Shown in pieces: positions 28,382 through 38,177 of a DNA stretch of 64,000 nucleotides. The position numbers and the translations under genes were made by a program. A model generated the notes under the pieces. It saw only the letters and a program-made list of their open reading frames with translations, did no database searches and was not told where the DNA came from. Location of the stretch: the NCBI GenBank assembly GCA_963796455.1, contig CAWCLO010000004.1, positions 320,001-384,000 on the forward strand, written 5' to 3'. Source of the DNA: Candidatus Sulfomarinibacteraceae bacterium (GTDB lineage: Bacteria > Acidobacteriota > Thermoanaerobaculia > Thermoanaerobaculales > Sulfomarinibacteraceae). The stretch's first letter is position 1. The number at the start of each line of letters is the position of its first letter.

Positions 28382-29584
28382 ATGCGTCGTGTTTTTGTTG
28401 GAATCAGCCTTTGTCTCGTCTGTTTTGCGCACCCGGTATTTTCGCAGAGCAAGGATGAACAGTGCACCTCGGCAGTGATCACACCGGCGGGTTCGGCCAC
28501 CGGTGGACCGGTTTTGTGGAAGAACCGCGACACCAGCTTCCTTTCCAACAAGGTGCTCTTTGTTGACGAGGAACCCTACGACTATCTCTGTCTGTCCAAC
28601 GCCCACAGCTCTTCGGGCCGTTCCTGTTGGGTCGGTCTCAACAGCGCCGGTTTCGGCATCATGAACACGGTCGCATACAATTTGCCGAATCCGTCCGACG
28701 AGATGAAGGATCTCGAGGGCATCATCATGGCGGACGCCTTGCGGAGCTGCCGGACGATTGACGACTTCAAAGCCTATATCGAGGCCAACCTCGGTCCGGA
28801 GCTGGGAAGTCTCGCCAACTTCGGTGTCATCGATGGATCCGGGGACGCCATGCTCTTCGAGATCCACAACAACGGTTTCGAGACCGTCGACCCGGCGGCG
28901 GCAAGGAACAGTTGTCTGGTCAACACCAACTACGCCCGGACGGGCACTGAGGGTGCGGGTTCGGGTTATCTTCGCTTCGAGCGGGCGAGCGAGCTTTTCT
29001 CGACGCTCCCGGACGGGCCGGTGGACTTTCGGACCATTCTCACCCGGTTCAGCCGCGACACCGGCCACGTGCTGGTTGATCAGCCGACACCCTTCGAACT
29101 CGATCAAGTTCCCGGTGACGAGGAACTGTGGGTGAACACCCGTGACACCATCAACAAAGCATATACCTCGGCCACCGTGGTGCTGGTGGGCAGGAACCCC
29201 GATGAGCCGGAATCGGTTGCGACCATGTGGGTCATCCCCGGCGAGCCGGTGACGGCTATCGCTGTTCCATTGTGGGTGGAAGCGGGCGCGAGCCCGGAGC
29301 CGATGTGGAAGGGCGACGAGGCCCCCATGTGGGTGGAGTCTCAGCGGCTCAAGACCATGATTCGGCCCTTTGAAGAAGGCGGGAAGGAACACTATCTCTC
29401 GATGACGGTGCTCGACAACGCCGACGGAACGGGTTTTCTCCCGACTCTGCTCGGTGTTGAGGCCGAGATCATTGCCGAGACCGATGGGTTTCTCGCTCGG
29501 GGCCATAGCCCGGAGGAGTATCGAGCGTTTCAGGCCGAGATGGTCCAACGGGCCTACGACACCCTGTTCAGCATGGGCCGGTAG
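28382..29584 (+). CDS. Ntn-hydrolase, C45/C69-like cysteine peptidase family, exported
   Basis: Signal peptide followed by 'CTSAVI' (candidate N-terminal nucleophile), 'WKNRD', 'GLNSAG', 'NTN'. Confidence 0.75.
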   Translation: MRRVFVGISLCLVCFAHPVFSQSKDEQCTSAVITPAGSATGGPVLWKNRDTSFLSNKVLFVDEEPYDYLCLSNAHSSSGRSCWVGLNSAGFGIMNTVAYNLPNPSDEMKDLEGIIMADALRSCRTIDDFKAYIEANLGPELGSLANFGVIDGSGDAMLFEIHNNGFETVDPAAARNSCLVNTNYARTGTEGAGSGYLRFERASELFSTLPDGPVDFRTILTRFSRDTGHVLVDQPTPFELDQVPGDEELWVNTRDTINKAYTSATVVLVGRNPDEPESVATMWVIPGEPVTAIAVPLWVEAGASPEPMWKGDEAPMWVESQRLKTMIRPFEEGGKEHYLSMTVLDNADGTGFLPTLLGVEAEIIAETDGFLARGHSPEEYRAFQAEMVQRAYDTLFSMGR

Positions 29585-29598
29585 TCCCCTTCCCCCCC

Positions 29599-30240
29599 AT
29601 GCCGTTTTTCGATCTGATCATCTTCGACCTCGACGGTACCCTGGTCGACTCGCGGGCCGATCTCGCGGCGGCCACCAATCGGGCCTTGCGCGATCTCGGG
29701 TTGCCTTCGCGGCCCGTCGAGGAAATCGTCGGGTTTGTCGGCGACGGGTTGCTGAAACTTCTGGAACGCGCCCTCGGAGGACCGGATCGGGTGGAGGAGG
29801 CACGCCCCCGTTTCGAGCACCATTACCGGGCCGGGTTGCTCGATCGCACCCTCCCGTATCCCGGCATCGACAATCTCGTTCGTGCTCTCGCTCGAGATCG
29901 GGTGCTCTCGGTGGCCAGCAACAAACCCGGTCCGATGGCGCGGGACCTGGTCGCCGGCCTCGGTTGGAGTTCCTGCATGCCACAGGTGGTCGGCGGAGGT
30001 GACGTCGCCGCACTGAAACCCGCCCCCGATATGGTGGAGCATTTGTGGGAGCGCACCGGGTGTCGAAGGGACCGGACCGTACTGGTCGGCGACATGGAGG
30101 TCGATTTCGAGTTGGCGCGAATTGTCGGCATCCCTTTTGTGGGCGTTGTCTGGGGTTTTGCCGGTGCGGAGCGCCTGCGGGGCGCCGGCGTAGATCGGAT
30201 CGCGACGACAGCCGATGATTTGGCTGACTTTCTAAAATGA
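29599..30240 (+). CDS. HAD hydrolase, phosphoglycolate phosphatase-like
   Basis: FDLDGTLVDS, SNK, KPAP, VGD. Confidence 0.9.
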   Translation: MPFFDLIIFDLDGTLVDSRADLAAATNRALRDLGLPSRPVEEIVGFVGDGLLKLLERALGGPDRVEEARPRFEHHYRAGLLDRTLPYPGIDNLVRALARDRVLSVASNKPGPMARDLVAGLGWSSCMPQVVGGGDVAALKPAPDMVEHLWERTGCRRDRTVLVGDMEVDFELARIVGIPFVGVVWGFAGAERLRGAGVDRIATTADDLADFLK

Positions 30241-31242
30241 GATGATCATCGACAACGAAAAGGTCTTGATGACATCCGAAACATCGAAGCCGAGATCGAG
30301 CTGGAATTTCTTGAACGCGATACCGATACCTGCCGATCCGTGGACTGCACCACTCGTGGAGGAATCGAGCGTGATGGTGCGCCATCTTCCGGATTCGCCA
30401 TTGGGGTCGTACCAGATTCCGGCCCTCAGGGCGACGATGGGCGCGATCGACAAAAACGCCCATTCGCCACCGAGGTGTGGGCGAAACCTGCTGTCGTCGC
30501 CCGAAAAGTATTCGAGTTCGAAGGTCAGCATCGCATCGCCCGATCGGGATCGCCAACTGGTTCCCACGGCCGTGACATCGGGCAGCGAAACGACGACTTC
30601 GTCGTCAAATCGGAACTTTGAACCGCCCCGGTGGGAGAACCCGACCGACCACGACGGTGCAGGTTGCCAGATTCCTCCGAGGACAATTTCCGTGCTGGTG
30701 CTCGTGACCTCGGTTGGCGAGTCGAACGGCATCCCCGAAAGATCGTGTCTGAGAGCATCGTAGGCGGCGGTGACTCCAACCAGACCGGCGCCGAAACTCA
30801 GTTTGTCCGAGACCTTGTAGGCTCCGGAGAGACCGAGGTTTATGACGGCCAAACCGGTTGCAAATTCAATTTCATCCTCTGCCTGGATATTGCCGCCGAA
30901 ATCGATATTGGCCTGCGTCTGCCCATAAATCGCGAGCGCCCATTTGGTCCGCGGAAAAACAAATGACCCGAACCCGACCCCGGATGCATTGGTGACCGAA
31001 TCGTTGTTTTCAAATCCCCATCCCCTGAGCTCGAAAGAGATCTCCGGACGGGTCAGTTGAATCAGACCGGCGGGATTGGAATAGGCGGCTGTGGCATCGT
31101 CGGCGAGAGCCACAAAGGCACCACCGAGACCGAGGCTTCGCGCACCGGGATTGATGACGGGAGGCTCGATGACCTGCTGGCCGTAGACTCTGGCGCTCGC
31201 GGCGAGTCCAAGAACCACAATGAGAGTGATCGTTCGGCGAAT
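30232..31242 (-). CDS. OmpP1/FadL-family outer-membrane beta-barrel protein (probable ATT start)
   Basis: 'GARSLGLGGAFVALADDATAAYSNPAGL', terminal Phe; the signal peptide is complete only from ATT at 31242. Confidence 0.75.
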   Translation of the reverse strand: MRRTITLIVVLGLAASARVYGQQVIEPPVINPGARSLGLGGAFVALADDATAAYSNPAGLIQLTRPEISFELRGWGFENNDSVTNASGVGFGSFVFPRTKWALAIYGQTQANIDFGGNIQAEDEIEFATGLAVINLGLSGAYKVSDKLSFGAGLVGVTAAYDALRHDLSGMPFDSPTEVTSTSTEIVLGGIWQPAPSWSVGFSHRGGSKFRFDDEVVVSLPDVTAVGTSWRSRSGDAMLTFELEYFSGDDSRFRPHLGGEWAFLSIAPIVALRAGIWYDPNGESGRWRTITLDSSTSGAVHGSAGIGIAFKKFQLDLGFDVSDVIKTFSLSMIISF

Positions 31243-31443
31243 GGTTCTGCTCCTCCGAGAATAAACCGATCGGATGCACTGTCGATCCGGTTCTGAAGGT
31301 ACAGGCAGTCACGCGGGTCGACAAGGTCTCTACCGTTTCAGCGGGTGAATTGTTTCAAAGCCAGCGACGGATCGTCGCGCCGGAGCATTCTCGCTGGGTG
31401 GCGCGCCGCAATTATCCCGCCCTCATTCTGGTAGGCTTCGCAG

Positions 31444-32823
31444 ATGGAACTCAGCGTTTTCGATATCTTCAGAATCGGCATCGGGCCTTCGTCGTCTCAC
31501 ACGGTCGGCCCGATGCGGGCGGCCAAATTTCTGCTCGTCAAGCTTCGCAAACACGGTTTGTTCGAACGGGTGGCTCGAATCCGTGTCGACCTCTATGGTT
31601 CGCTCGCATCAACGGGTCGGGGGCACCACACCGACCTCGCGGTGGTCTGGGGTCTTCTCGGAGAAGAACCGGAGACGATCGAGCCGGATCAGCAAGGTCC
31701 GCTTTTCGAGGCGGTTGTTGCGTCGGGAGAGTTGCTTCTCGACGGTGAACGAGCGATTGAATACGTGCCGGATCGTGACATCGTTTTCAAACCCGACGAA
31801 CTCCTGCCATTCCATCCCAACGGAATGCTCTTCACGGTTTACGACACGGCGGGTGCCGAGATCTATGTCAAAGAGTTCTACTCCATCGGCGGCGGATTCA
31901 TCGTCGGGCACAAAACCGCTGAAGCCAACAACCTGATCAAAAACCCGATTCAGGTGGAACACCCCTTCAACTCGGGAGACGAGATTCTGGAGATCTCGGG
32001 GAAGACCGGTAAGAATTTCGCCGAAATCGTCTATGCCAACGAACATGCATGGCGGAACTCGGTGGAGATCGACGCCGGGATCGAACGAATTCGCAGCACC
32101 ATGAATCAGTGCATCGAGCGCGGATTTCGTGAGCGCGGGGAGCTTCCCGGGTCCCTCGGGATCAGACGGCGGGCGCCGGCACTGCACGATACGCTGACCA
32201 GTCAGGATGAAGGGGCGTACGGCGATCCGCTTGGCGCGTTGGATTGGATCGTCCTCTATGCACTTTCGGTCAACGAGGAGAACGCTGCCGGATCGCGGGT
32301 CGTCACTGCGCCGACCAACGGTGCGGCCGGTATTGTTCCGGCCTGTCTCCGATTCCTCGAGCGTTTTGTCAAGAGACCGGGCCCGACCGCCGTTCGTGAC
32401 TATCTTTTGACCGCCGGTGCGATCGGCATGCTCTACAAGACCAACGCCTCGATCTCGGGAGCGGAGGTCGGGTGCCAGGGTGAGGTGGGCGTCGCGTGTT
32501 CGATGGCCGCCGCTGGTCTGGCTTCCGCGGCCGGTGGGACTCCCGAACAGATTGAAAACGCTGCGGAAATCGGGATGGAACACAATCTCGGGCTGACCTG
32601 CGATCCGATCGGCGGTCTGGTCCAGATCCCGTGCATCGAACGCAACGCGATGGCGGCGGTCAAGGCGGTGAACGCGGCCCGCATCGCTCTGCGCGGCGAT
32701 GGCAGCGGGGTTGTGTCGCTCGACCAGGTCATCCGGACGATGCGTCAGACGGGGCTCGACATGCAATCGAAATACAAGGAGACCTCTCAGGGGGGACTCG
32801 CGATCAATATTACGGAGTGTTAA
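31444..32823 (+). CDS. sdaA: L-serine ammonia-lyase (Fe-S, single chain)
   Basis: 'IGIGPSSSHTVGPM', 'SISGAEVGCQGEVG', 'LGLTCDP', 'QIPCIERN'. Confidence 0.96.
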   Translation: MELSVFDIFRIGIGPSSSHTVGPMRAAKFLLVKLRKHGLFERVARIRVDLYGSLASTGRGHHTDLAVVWGLLGEEPETIEPDQQGPLFEAVVASGELLLDGERAIEYVPDRDIVFKPDELLPFHPNGMLFTVYDTAGAEIYVKEFYSIGGGFIVGHKTAEANNLIKNPIQVEHPFNSGDEILEISGKTGKNFAEIVYANEHAWRNSVEIDAGIERIRSTMNQCIERGFRERGELPGSLGIRRRAPALHDTLTSQDEGAYGDPLGALDWIVLYALSVNEENAAGSRVVTAPTNGAAGIVPACLRFLERFVKRPGPTAVRDYLLTAGAIGMLYKTNASISGAEVGCQGEVGVACSMAAAGLASAAGGTPEQIENAAEIGMEHNLGLTCDPIGGLVQIPCIERNAMAAVKAVNAARIALRGDGSGVVSLDQVIRTMRQTGLDMQSKYKETSQGGLAINITEC

Positions 32824-33002
32824 TTGCTGCAGCGGCCATATGCTAAGATCCAACCCTATGATGCGCCATATCGCCGCAACTGTCGCCTGAGGGGCGATCA
32901 CTCGCCGGGCCGACCGGTTTTGAGAGACACCGCCTCGAATTCCACTGGTCAGAAGAATTGATCACGGACCGGGTGCGTCCACGCGCCCCTTAGCCAGGGA
33001 GA

Positions 33003-34070
33003 ATGACAGTGAAACTTCAGCGATATGGTTTGAATGAGAGATTCCAAGCACTCTTCGATTCGATCAACAACGAAGACCTCGTGCCCGCGCGGGTCGTTCG
33101 AGTCGACCGCGGTGCGGCCATCATCGAGACGGGTGAAGCAACGATCAGGGTGACGGTCGCCGGCAAATTGAGCTCGGATGGCGAATCCGGCTCGCCGGCG
33201 GTCGGCGATTGGGTCGGTGTGCAACGCAGCGGAGACTCGGGTGTTATCCGGATCATCCTGCCCCGGGCTGGCGCGATGGCCCGGCGGCGCCCGGGATCGG
33301 CAGAGGTCGAACAGGTTGTGGCAGCCAACGTCGATATGGTTCTTGTTGTCGAGTCCCTCGAACGGGGACCGAACCCGCGCCGGATCGAGCGGGCGGCCGC
33401 ACTCGCCTGGGACGGAGGGGCCTCACCGGTGGTCGTGCTGACAAAGGCCGACACCTGCGCAGATCTCCAGGCCGCGGTCGAAAAGGCCAGGGAGGGTGCG
33501 CCGTACTCGGAGATTCTTCCGGTTTCGGCCCTTTCGGGTGACGGGATGGATTCGGTGGCTGATTTCTTGACGGCGGGATCGACATCGGTTTTGCTCGGGC
33601 CGTCAGGAGTTGGCAAATCAACACTCATCAATTGCCTGCTCGGTGAGGACCGGTTGGCGGTGGGGGAGGTCAGGACCGGAGATCACAAAGGCCGCCACAC
33701 CACCACTCGCCGCGAATTGGTGGTGCTGCCCGGAGGAGGGTGTGTGATCGATACGCCGGGGATTCGGGAGCTCGGGTTGTGGCTCGACCAGCAGGCGGTT
33801 TCTAACGTCTTTCCCGAAATCGAGCAGGCGGCGCTGGGATGTCGATTTGGCGACTGTCGTCACGAGTCTGAACCGGGCTGCGCGGTGCGGGAGGCGGCTG
33901 AAAGTGGTGTCCTCGACCCACGGCGGGTGGAGAGCTTTCTCAGACTGCGGCGGGAGGTGGAAAACCTCGATCTGCGCCGCGACGAATCCAAGAAATACGA
34001 GATTCGAGCTCGTGAACGAAGTTTCGGCAGGATGGTCCGGCAGGCGGTCAAGCTCAAGAAGAATCGTTAG
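33003..34070 (+). CDS. rsgA: Ribosome small subunit-dependent GTPase A
   Basis: Permuted G motifs TKAD, GPSGVGKS, GRHTT, DTPG; 'CRFGDCRHESEPGC' zinc finger. Confidence 0.95.
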   Translation: MTVKLQRYGLNERFQALFDSINNEDLVPARVVRVDRGAAIIETGEATIRVTVAGKLSSDGESGSPAVGDWVGVQRSGDSGVIRIILPRAGAMARRRPGSAEVEQVVAANVDMVLVVESLERGPNPRRIERAAALAWDGGASPVVVLTKADTCADLQAAVEKAREGAPYSEILPVSALSGDGMDSVADFLTAGSTSVLLGPSGVGKSTLINCLLGEDRLAVGEVRTGDHKGRHTTTRRELVVLPGGGCVIDTPGIRELGLWLDQQAVSNVFPEIEQAALGCRFGDCRHESEPGCAVREAAESGVLDPRRVESFLRLRREVENLDLRRDESKKYEIRARERSFGRMVRQAVKLKKNR

Positions 34071-34088
34071 GCGGGTTAGGATGGAACC

Positions 34089-35006
34089 ATGAATGATCCA
34101 ATTCTGGTTTTTTCGACGCCGTCGTACGGCTACCTTGGCGAGGCGGTCTGCGCCTTCGATCATTGTGAGCCCGGTCGGGTCGAGAACCGCCGCTTTCCGG
34201 ACGGAGAGCACTACATCCGGTTCCTGACCGAGTGTGTCGATCGCGACGTGGTCGTGCTGGGAGGCACGGTCACGGATTCGGACACCCTGATGGTCTACGA
34301 CCTCGCGTGCGGGACAGTCGGTCATGGTGCGCGAAGTCTCACGCTGCTGGTTCCTTTTTTCGGTTATCAGACGATGGAGCGGCGGGAAAAAGCGGGGGAG
34401 GTGGTCACTGCGAAAACCCGTGCCCGGCTCCTGTCATCTATTCCTCCGGCCGGTCTCGGGAATCGCGTCGTGATGGTCGATCTCCACAGCGCCGGGATTC
34501 CGCATTATTTCTCGGGAGAGGTCCGCCCCGTCCATCTCACGGCGAGGTCCCTGATGCTCGAGGAGATTCGGCGGATCGGTGGTTCGAGTTTTGTCCTGGG
34601 TGCAACCGACGCCGGTCGCGCCAAGTGGGTTGAGTCCCTCGCGAATGATCTCGGTGTTGAGGGTGCGTTCATTTTCAAAAGACGGCATGACGATGGTCGA
34701 ACCGAGGCGGCGGCGATGACTGCCGATGTGGAAGGCCGGCGGGTCGTGATCTACGACGACATGATCCGGACCGGTGGATCACTCATCGCAGCTGCGAGGG
34801 CGTTTCACGAGGCCGGAGCGCTTTCCACAGCCGCCGTCGCAACCCATGGCGTTTTACCGGGCGACTCGCTCCAGAGGCTGGTTGACTCGGGGCTCTTCTC
34901 CGACATCATCTGCACCGACAGTCATCCGCGGGCGGTTGAACTTGCGGATGATCCCCACCTCAAGGTGGTTTCGATTGCCGAGCTCCTCGCCGGATTTCTC
35001 AGGTAG
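34089..35006 (+). CDS. prs: Ribose-phosphate pyrophosphokinase
   Basis: 'FPDGE', 'DLHS', 'IYDDMIRTGGS', 'ATHGV'. Confidence 0.88.
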   Translation: MNDPILVFSTPSYGYLGEAVCAFDHCEPGRVENRRFPDGEHYIRFLTECVDRDVVVLGGTVTDSDTLMVYDLACGTVGHGARSLTLLVPFFGYQTMERREKAGEVVTAKTRARLLSSIPPAGLGNRVVMVDLHSAGIPHYFSGEVRPVHLTARSLMLEEIRRIGGSSFVLGATDAGRAKWVESLANDLGVEGAFIFKRRHDDGRTEAAAMTADVEGRRVVIYDDMIRTGGSLIAAARAFHEAGALSTAAVATHGVLPGDSLQRLVDSGLFSDIICTDSHPRAVELADDPHLKVVSIAELLAGFLR

Positions 35007-35026
35007 CTGCAACAGAATAATCGTCT

Positions 35027-35357
35027 GCCCAAGATGGAGTCGCGGACAGTGATCAGGGACAGCGACAGGGACCGGCGGACAGCGTCAGCCAACAGGAGTC
35101 AGCGGCGGTTTGCAGCGACAGCGAACGGAATTCTACTTTTTTGGGACCCCGGCTTTTGTGGTGCGGCCGTCTCGGCCGCACGGCGTGCAGGCGAGACGCC
35201 TGCACCACAATGGCTGTTCCTTCTGTTGAACGACCCGGAGGTGGCCACGTCGCCGACTGGACTCCTGACCGCTGCCGCTGCAATTCGGGCACGGACGCGG
35301 ACGCGGACACGGGCGCGGGACAACGGCGAACCGGGTCTATCTGTGCAATCTGCGGGC
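35027..35357 (-). mobile_element. Gene-less cassette copy (E5) containing a REP doublet
   Basis: TTGAACGACCCGGAGGTGGCCA at about 35226-35247, GCTGCCGCTGCAATTCGGGCACGG, REP doublet at 35156-35210; same internal layout as E1. Confidence 0.75.
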
Positions 35358-35365
35358 GGTGATTC

Positions 35366-36334
35366 TCAGCCCTCGGCCTGCTTTTCGAGTTCGTCGAATT
35401 TGGCGGCGTCGGTGACCGCCACATCCACAAGGCTCTTCGGGATATTGCTCTGCTCGCACATCTGCCGGATCTCGTCGGGATCTTCCGAAAACTCCATGAT
35501 CTCGCGGATCGATTCGATGTGTTCGAGCATCTCGTCCGGAGGGATACTGTCGAGGGACGGTCCCTCGGAAGCAGCCTTCTTGGCGGCGGCGGCTTCTTCC
35601 TCGAGCCGTTTCTTTTCAGCGATCTCCGCTTCCATCGACAAGTTGGCGGCGTCGATGGCCGATTGTTCGATTCCGGCGAAACTGATGATCGCATTTTCAG
35701 CGACATCGTTCTGGATCAGGTGCTTGGCCTTTTCTTCGTTTGATTTGCCTTCGACCGCTTCGAGCAGACCTTTGATACGCTCGATCTCGGCGTGTTCGGC
35801 GGCAATGACCTGCTTGATCTCACCGAGCTTCGCGTCGGTGATCTCGAGCTCTTCGACGATGCTCGATTCGGCAACCGAGTGTTCGATCAGGTATCGGATC
35901 CCCTGATCGGCGTCGAGAGCTTTCGCCGCGGCAACCAGGAGGTCGAGTTTTTTCTTGTCCACGACAGCCAGGACGTCAGACCGTCGGTCGAGATCCTGCA
36001 TGCTGGGCCAGGTTTCGCCGAGGCCACCGACCACCTTCAACGTGGCCTTCAGGGTGTCCGATACGTCATCGAGGGTCAGGGCTTCGACGGCGCCTGAGAA
36101 ATCGGTCAACATCGAGCTGCCGACCTCGATCCTCGCGTCGATTGCTCGCCGGAGCAGGAGAAGATTTCCGCCATGCCGGGAAACGTTGTAGTCCGCGGCA
36201 TCCAATGCGCGGGCAACTTTTTGAACTGTCGCCTCTTTTTTTCCTGCATCGAGATCCGATGCATCGAGCTTCTGGATCTCTTCTTCGATCGAAAGCCAGA
36301 GAGGCGTCATGTTGGTCAGAATGTCAGTTGTCAT
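35366..36334 (-). CDS. Hypothetical acidic, alpha-helical cytoplasmic protein
   Basis: AGGAG RBS, 322-aa open frame, no motif recognised. Confidence 0.75.
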   Translation of the reverse strand: MTTDILTNMTPLWLSIEEEIQKLDASDLDAGKKEATVQKVARALDAADYNVSRHGGNLLLLRRAIDARIEVGSSMLTDFSGAVEALTLDDVSDTLKATLKVVGGLGETWPSMQDLDRRSDVLAVVDKKKLDLLVAAAKALDADQGIRYLIEHSVAESSIVEELEITDAKLGEIKQVIAAEHAEIERIKGLLEAVEGKSNEEKAKHLIQNDVAENAIISFAGIEQSAIDAANLSMEAEIAEKKRLEEEAAAAKKAASEGPSLDSIPPDEMLEHIESIREIMEFSEDPDEIRQMCEQSNIPKSLVDVAVTDAAKFDELEKQAEG

Positions 36335-36580
36335 GTTCTCTTCTCCTGTCCCCGAATATTGATCAAAACGACCCAATCAAAGTCGCGACGCAAGAGAGGA
36401 TACCAGTCTTTTTTGCAGACGGAAGACCCTGTTGTGAGGATCACGGTCTGAAGTCGAATACGTGGTCTGTTACTCAATCTCATAATGGCCCGGATTGAGG
36501 CTCCTGCAGGGATCGGGACCGTGATTCCGGTCACTCCTCCGGCCGGCGATCGTCGAATACCGTTGAATGGGAGGCTCCTG

Positions 36581-38053
36581 ATGTCGTTCGGACAAAAGGT
36601 CTTTGTTTTTGCCGTGGTCTGCGTCGGGTCCTTCCAGACCGTACAGGGAACGGCCGCGGATTACGTGGTTGGCGACCTCGCGGGGATGCTTCCGGGAATT
36701 TCCCAGGTTCCGTGGGAAAGTCTCGGTCCGGGTGACCGGGTATTGATCCATTGGCGGGCCGATCCCTACCAGGAGAAGTGGGTGATCTGTCGCCGCGGTT
36801 CGGCCGCTGAACCGATCGTGATTCGAGGCATCGCAGGGCCGGAGGGACAGTTGCCGGTGATCGATGGCCGCGATGCCGTGACGCGTACTGAATTGAGTTA
36901 TTGGAACGAATCGCGCGGGGTCATCAAGATCGGTGGCGCCAGCGTGCCGTCGGACACCCTTCCGGCCCACATCGTGATCGAAAACCTGGAGATCCGTTCG
37001 GGCCGGCCGCCGTACTCGTTCAGCAATGATTCCGGTGGCTCAGAGACCTACGCCGACAATGCGGCATCAATCTATGTTGAAAAGGCCGAGCATCTGGTGA
37101 TTCGGAATTGTGTGCTCCTTGATTCGGGCAACGGGCTCTTCATCGGCGCCTTTGACGGCCAGACGCGAGACATCCTGATCGAACACAATTGGATCTATGA
37201 CAATGGTATCGAGGGCAGTTACTACCAGCACAATACCTACACGGCCGCTCTCGGGATCATCTACCAATTCAACAGGTTCGGGCGGTTGCGACAGGATTGC
37301 GGAGGCAACAACCTCAAGGATCGTTCGGCGGGTCTCGTCGTCAGATACAACTGGATCGAGGACGGAAACCGCCAACTCGATCTGGTGGATGCTGAGGACA
37401 GCACGGTATTGGTCAATCACCCGGACTACCGCCAGACCTTTGTTTACGGCAACGTATTGATCGAATCCGACGGTGAGGGCAATAGTCAGATGCTCCACTA
37501 CGGTGGCGACAGCGGCACTACCGCCGACTACCGGAAAGGTGTGCTCTTCTTCCACAACAACACCGTCATTTCGACTCGAAACGGCAACACGACTCTGATG
37601 CGCCTCTCCACGGGTGACGAGCGCGCCGATGTCCGCAACAACGTGATCTTCACGACTACCGATGGTTGGCGACTTGCTCTCCTGAGCGAGTCGGGTGTGA
37701 TGGATCTCCGCAGCAACTGGATCGTGACCGACTGGGTGGAGAGCCACTCATCCGGTACGGCTTCGGTGGTGGATCATGGCAGCAATATCGGTGGAGCCGA
37801 CCCCGGTTTCGAGGATTTTGTCGGTGGCGACTATTCACCGACCGCCGAGAGTAGCTGCCGGGACGCCGCCGGCGTGCTTGGCGGCCAGGCCCTGCCCGAG
37901 CACGCACCGGCCTTTCAGTACCTGCGGCATCAGCGGGCCACCTATCGCCCGGTGGCGGCTTCGGGAGATCTCGGCGCCATCGAGGCCGGGGTGGTTTTTG
38001 GCGACGGCTTCGAAAGTGGAGCCGCGGGCTGGTGGTCCTCGACTTCACCGTGA
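36581..38053 (+). CDS. Secreted right-handed beta-helix (pectin-lyase-like) protein with C-terminal FGDGFESG motif
   Basis: Signal peptide, 'PGDRVLI', 'GSAAEPIVIRG', Asn-rich repeats (IEHNWIYDN, FHNNTV, RNNVI). Confidence 0.75.
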   Translation: MSFGQKVFVFAVVCVGSFQTVQGTAADYVVGDLAGMLPGISQVPWESLGPGDRVLIHWRADPYQEKWVICRRGSAAEPIVIRGIAGPEGQLPVIDGRDAVTRTELSYWNESRGVIKIGGASVPSDTLPAHIVIENLEIRSGRPPYSFSNDSGGSETYADNAASIYVEKAEHLVIRNCVLLDSGNGLFIGAFDGQTRDILIEHNWIYDNGIEGSYYQHNTYTAALGIIYQFNRFGRLRQDCGGNNLKDRSAGLVVRYNWIEDGNRQLDLVDAEDSTVLVNHPDYRQTFVYGNVLIESDGEGNSQMLHYGGDSGTTADYRKGVLFFHNNTVISTRNGNTTLMRLSTGDERADVRNNVIFTTTDGWRLALLSESGVMDLRSNWIVTDWVESHSSGTASVVDHGSNIGGADPGFEDFVGGDYSPTAESSCRDAAGVLGGQALPEHAPAFQYLRHQRATYRPVAASGDLGAIEAGVVFGDGFESGAAGWWSSTSP

Positions 38054-38177
38054 CGAGCCGTGGCTGACAAACAGAACGGGGTGCTCCGTTGGTCTCGAGT
38101 GCTCCGGGGTGGATGGACCCGCTAAGATACAGGCTCGGACCGATGTCGGTCGGCGGGGATCTGTGAGGTACATCATC

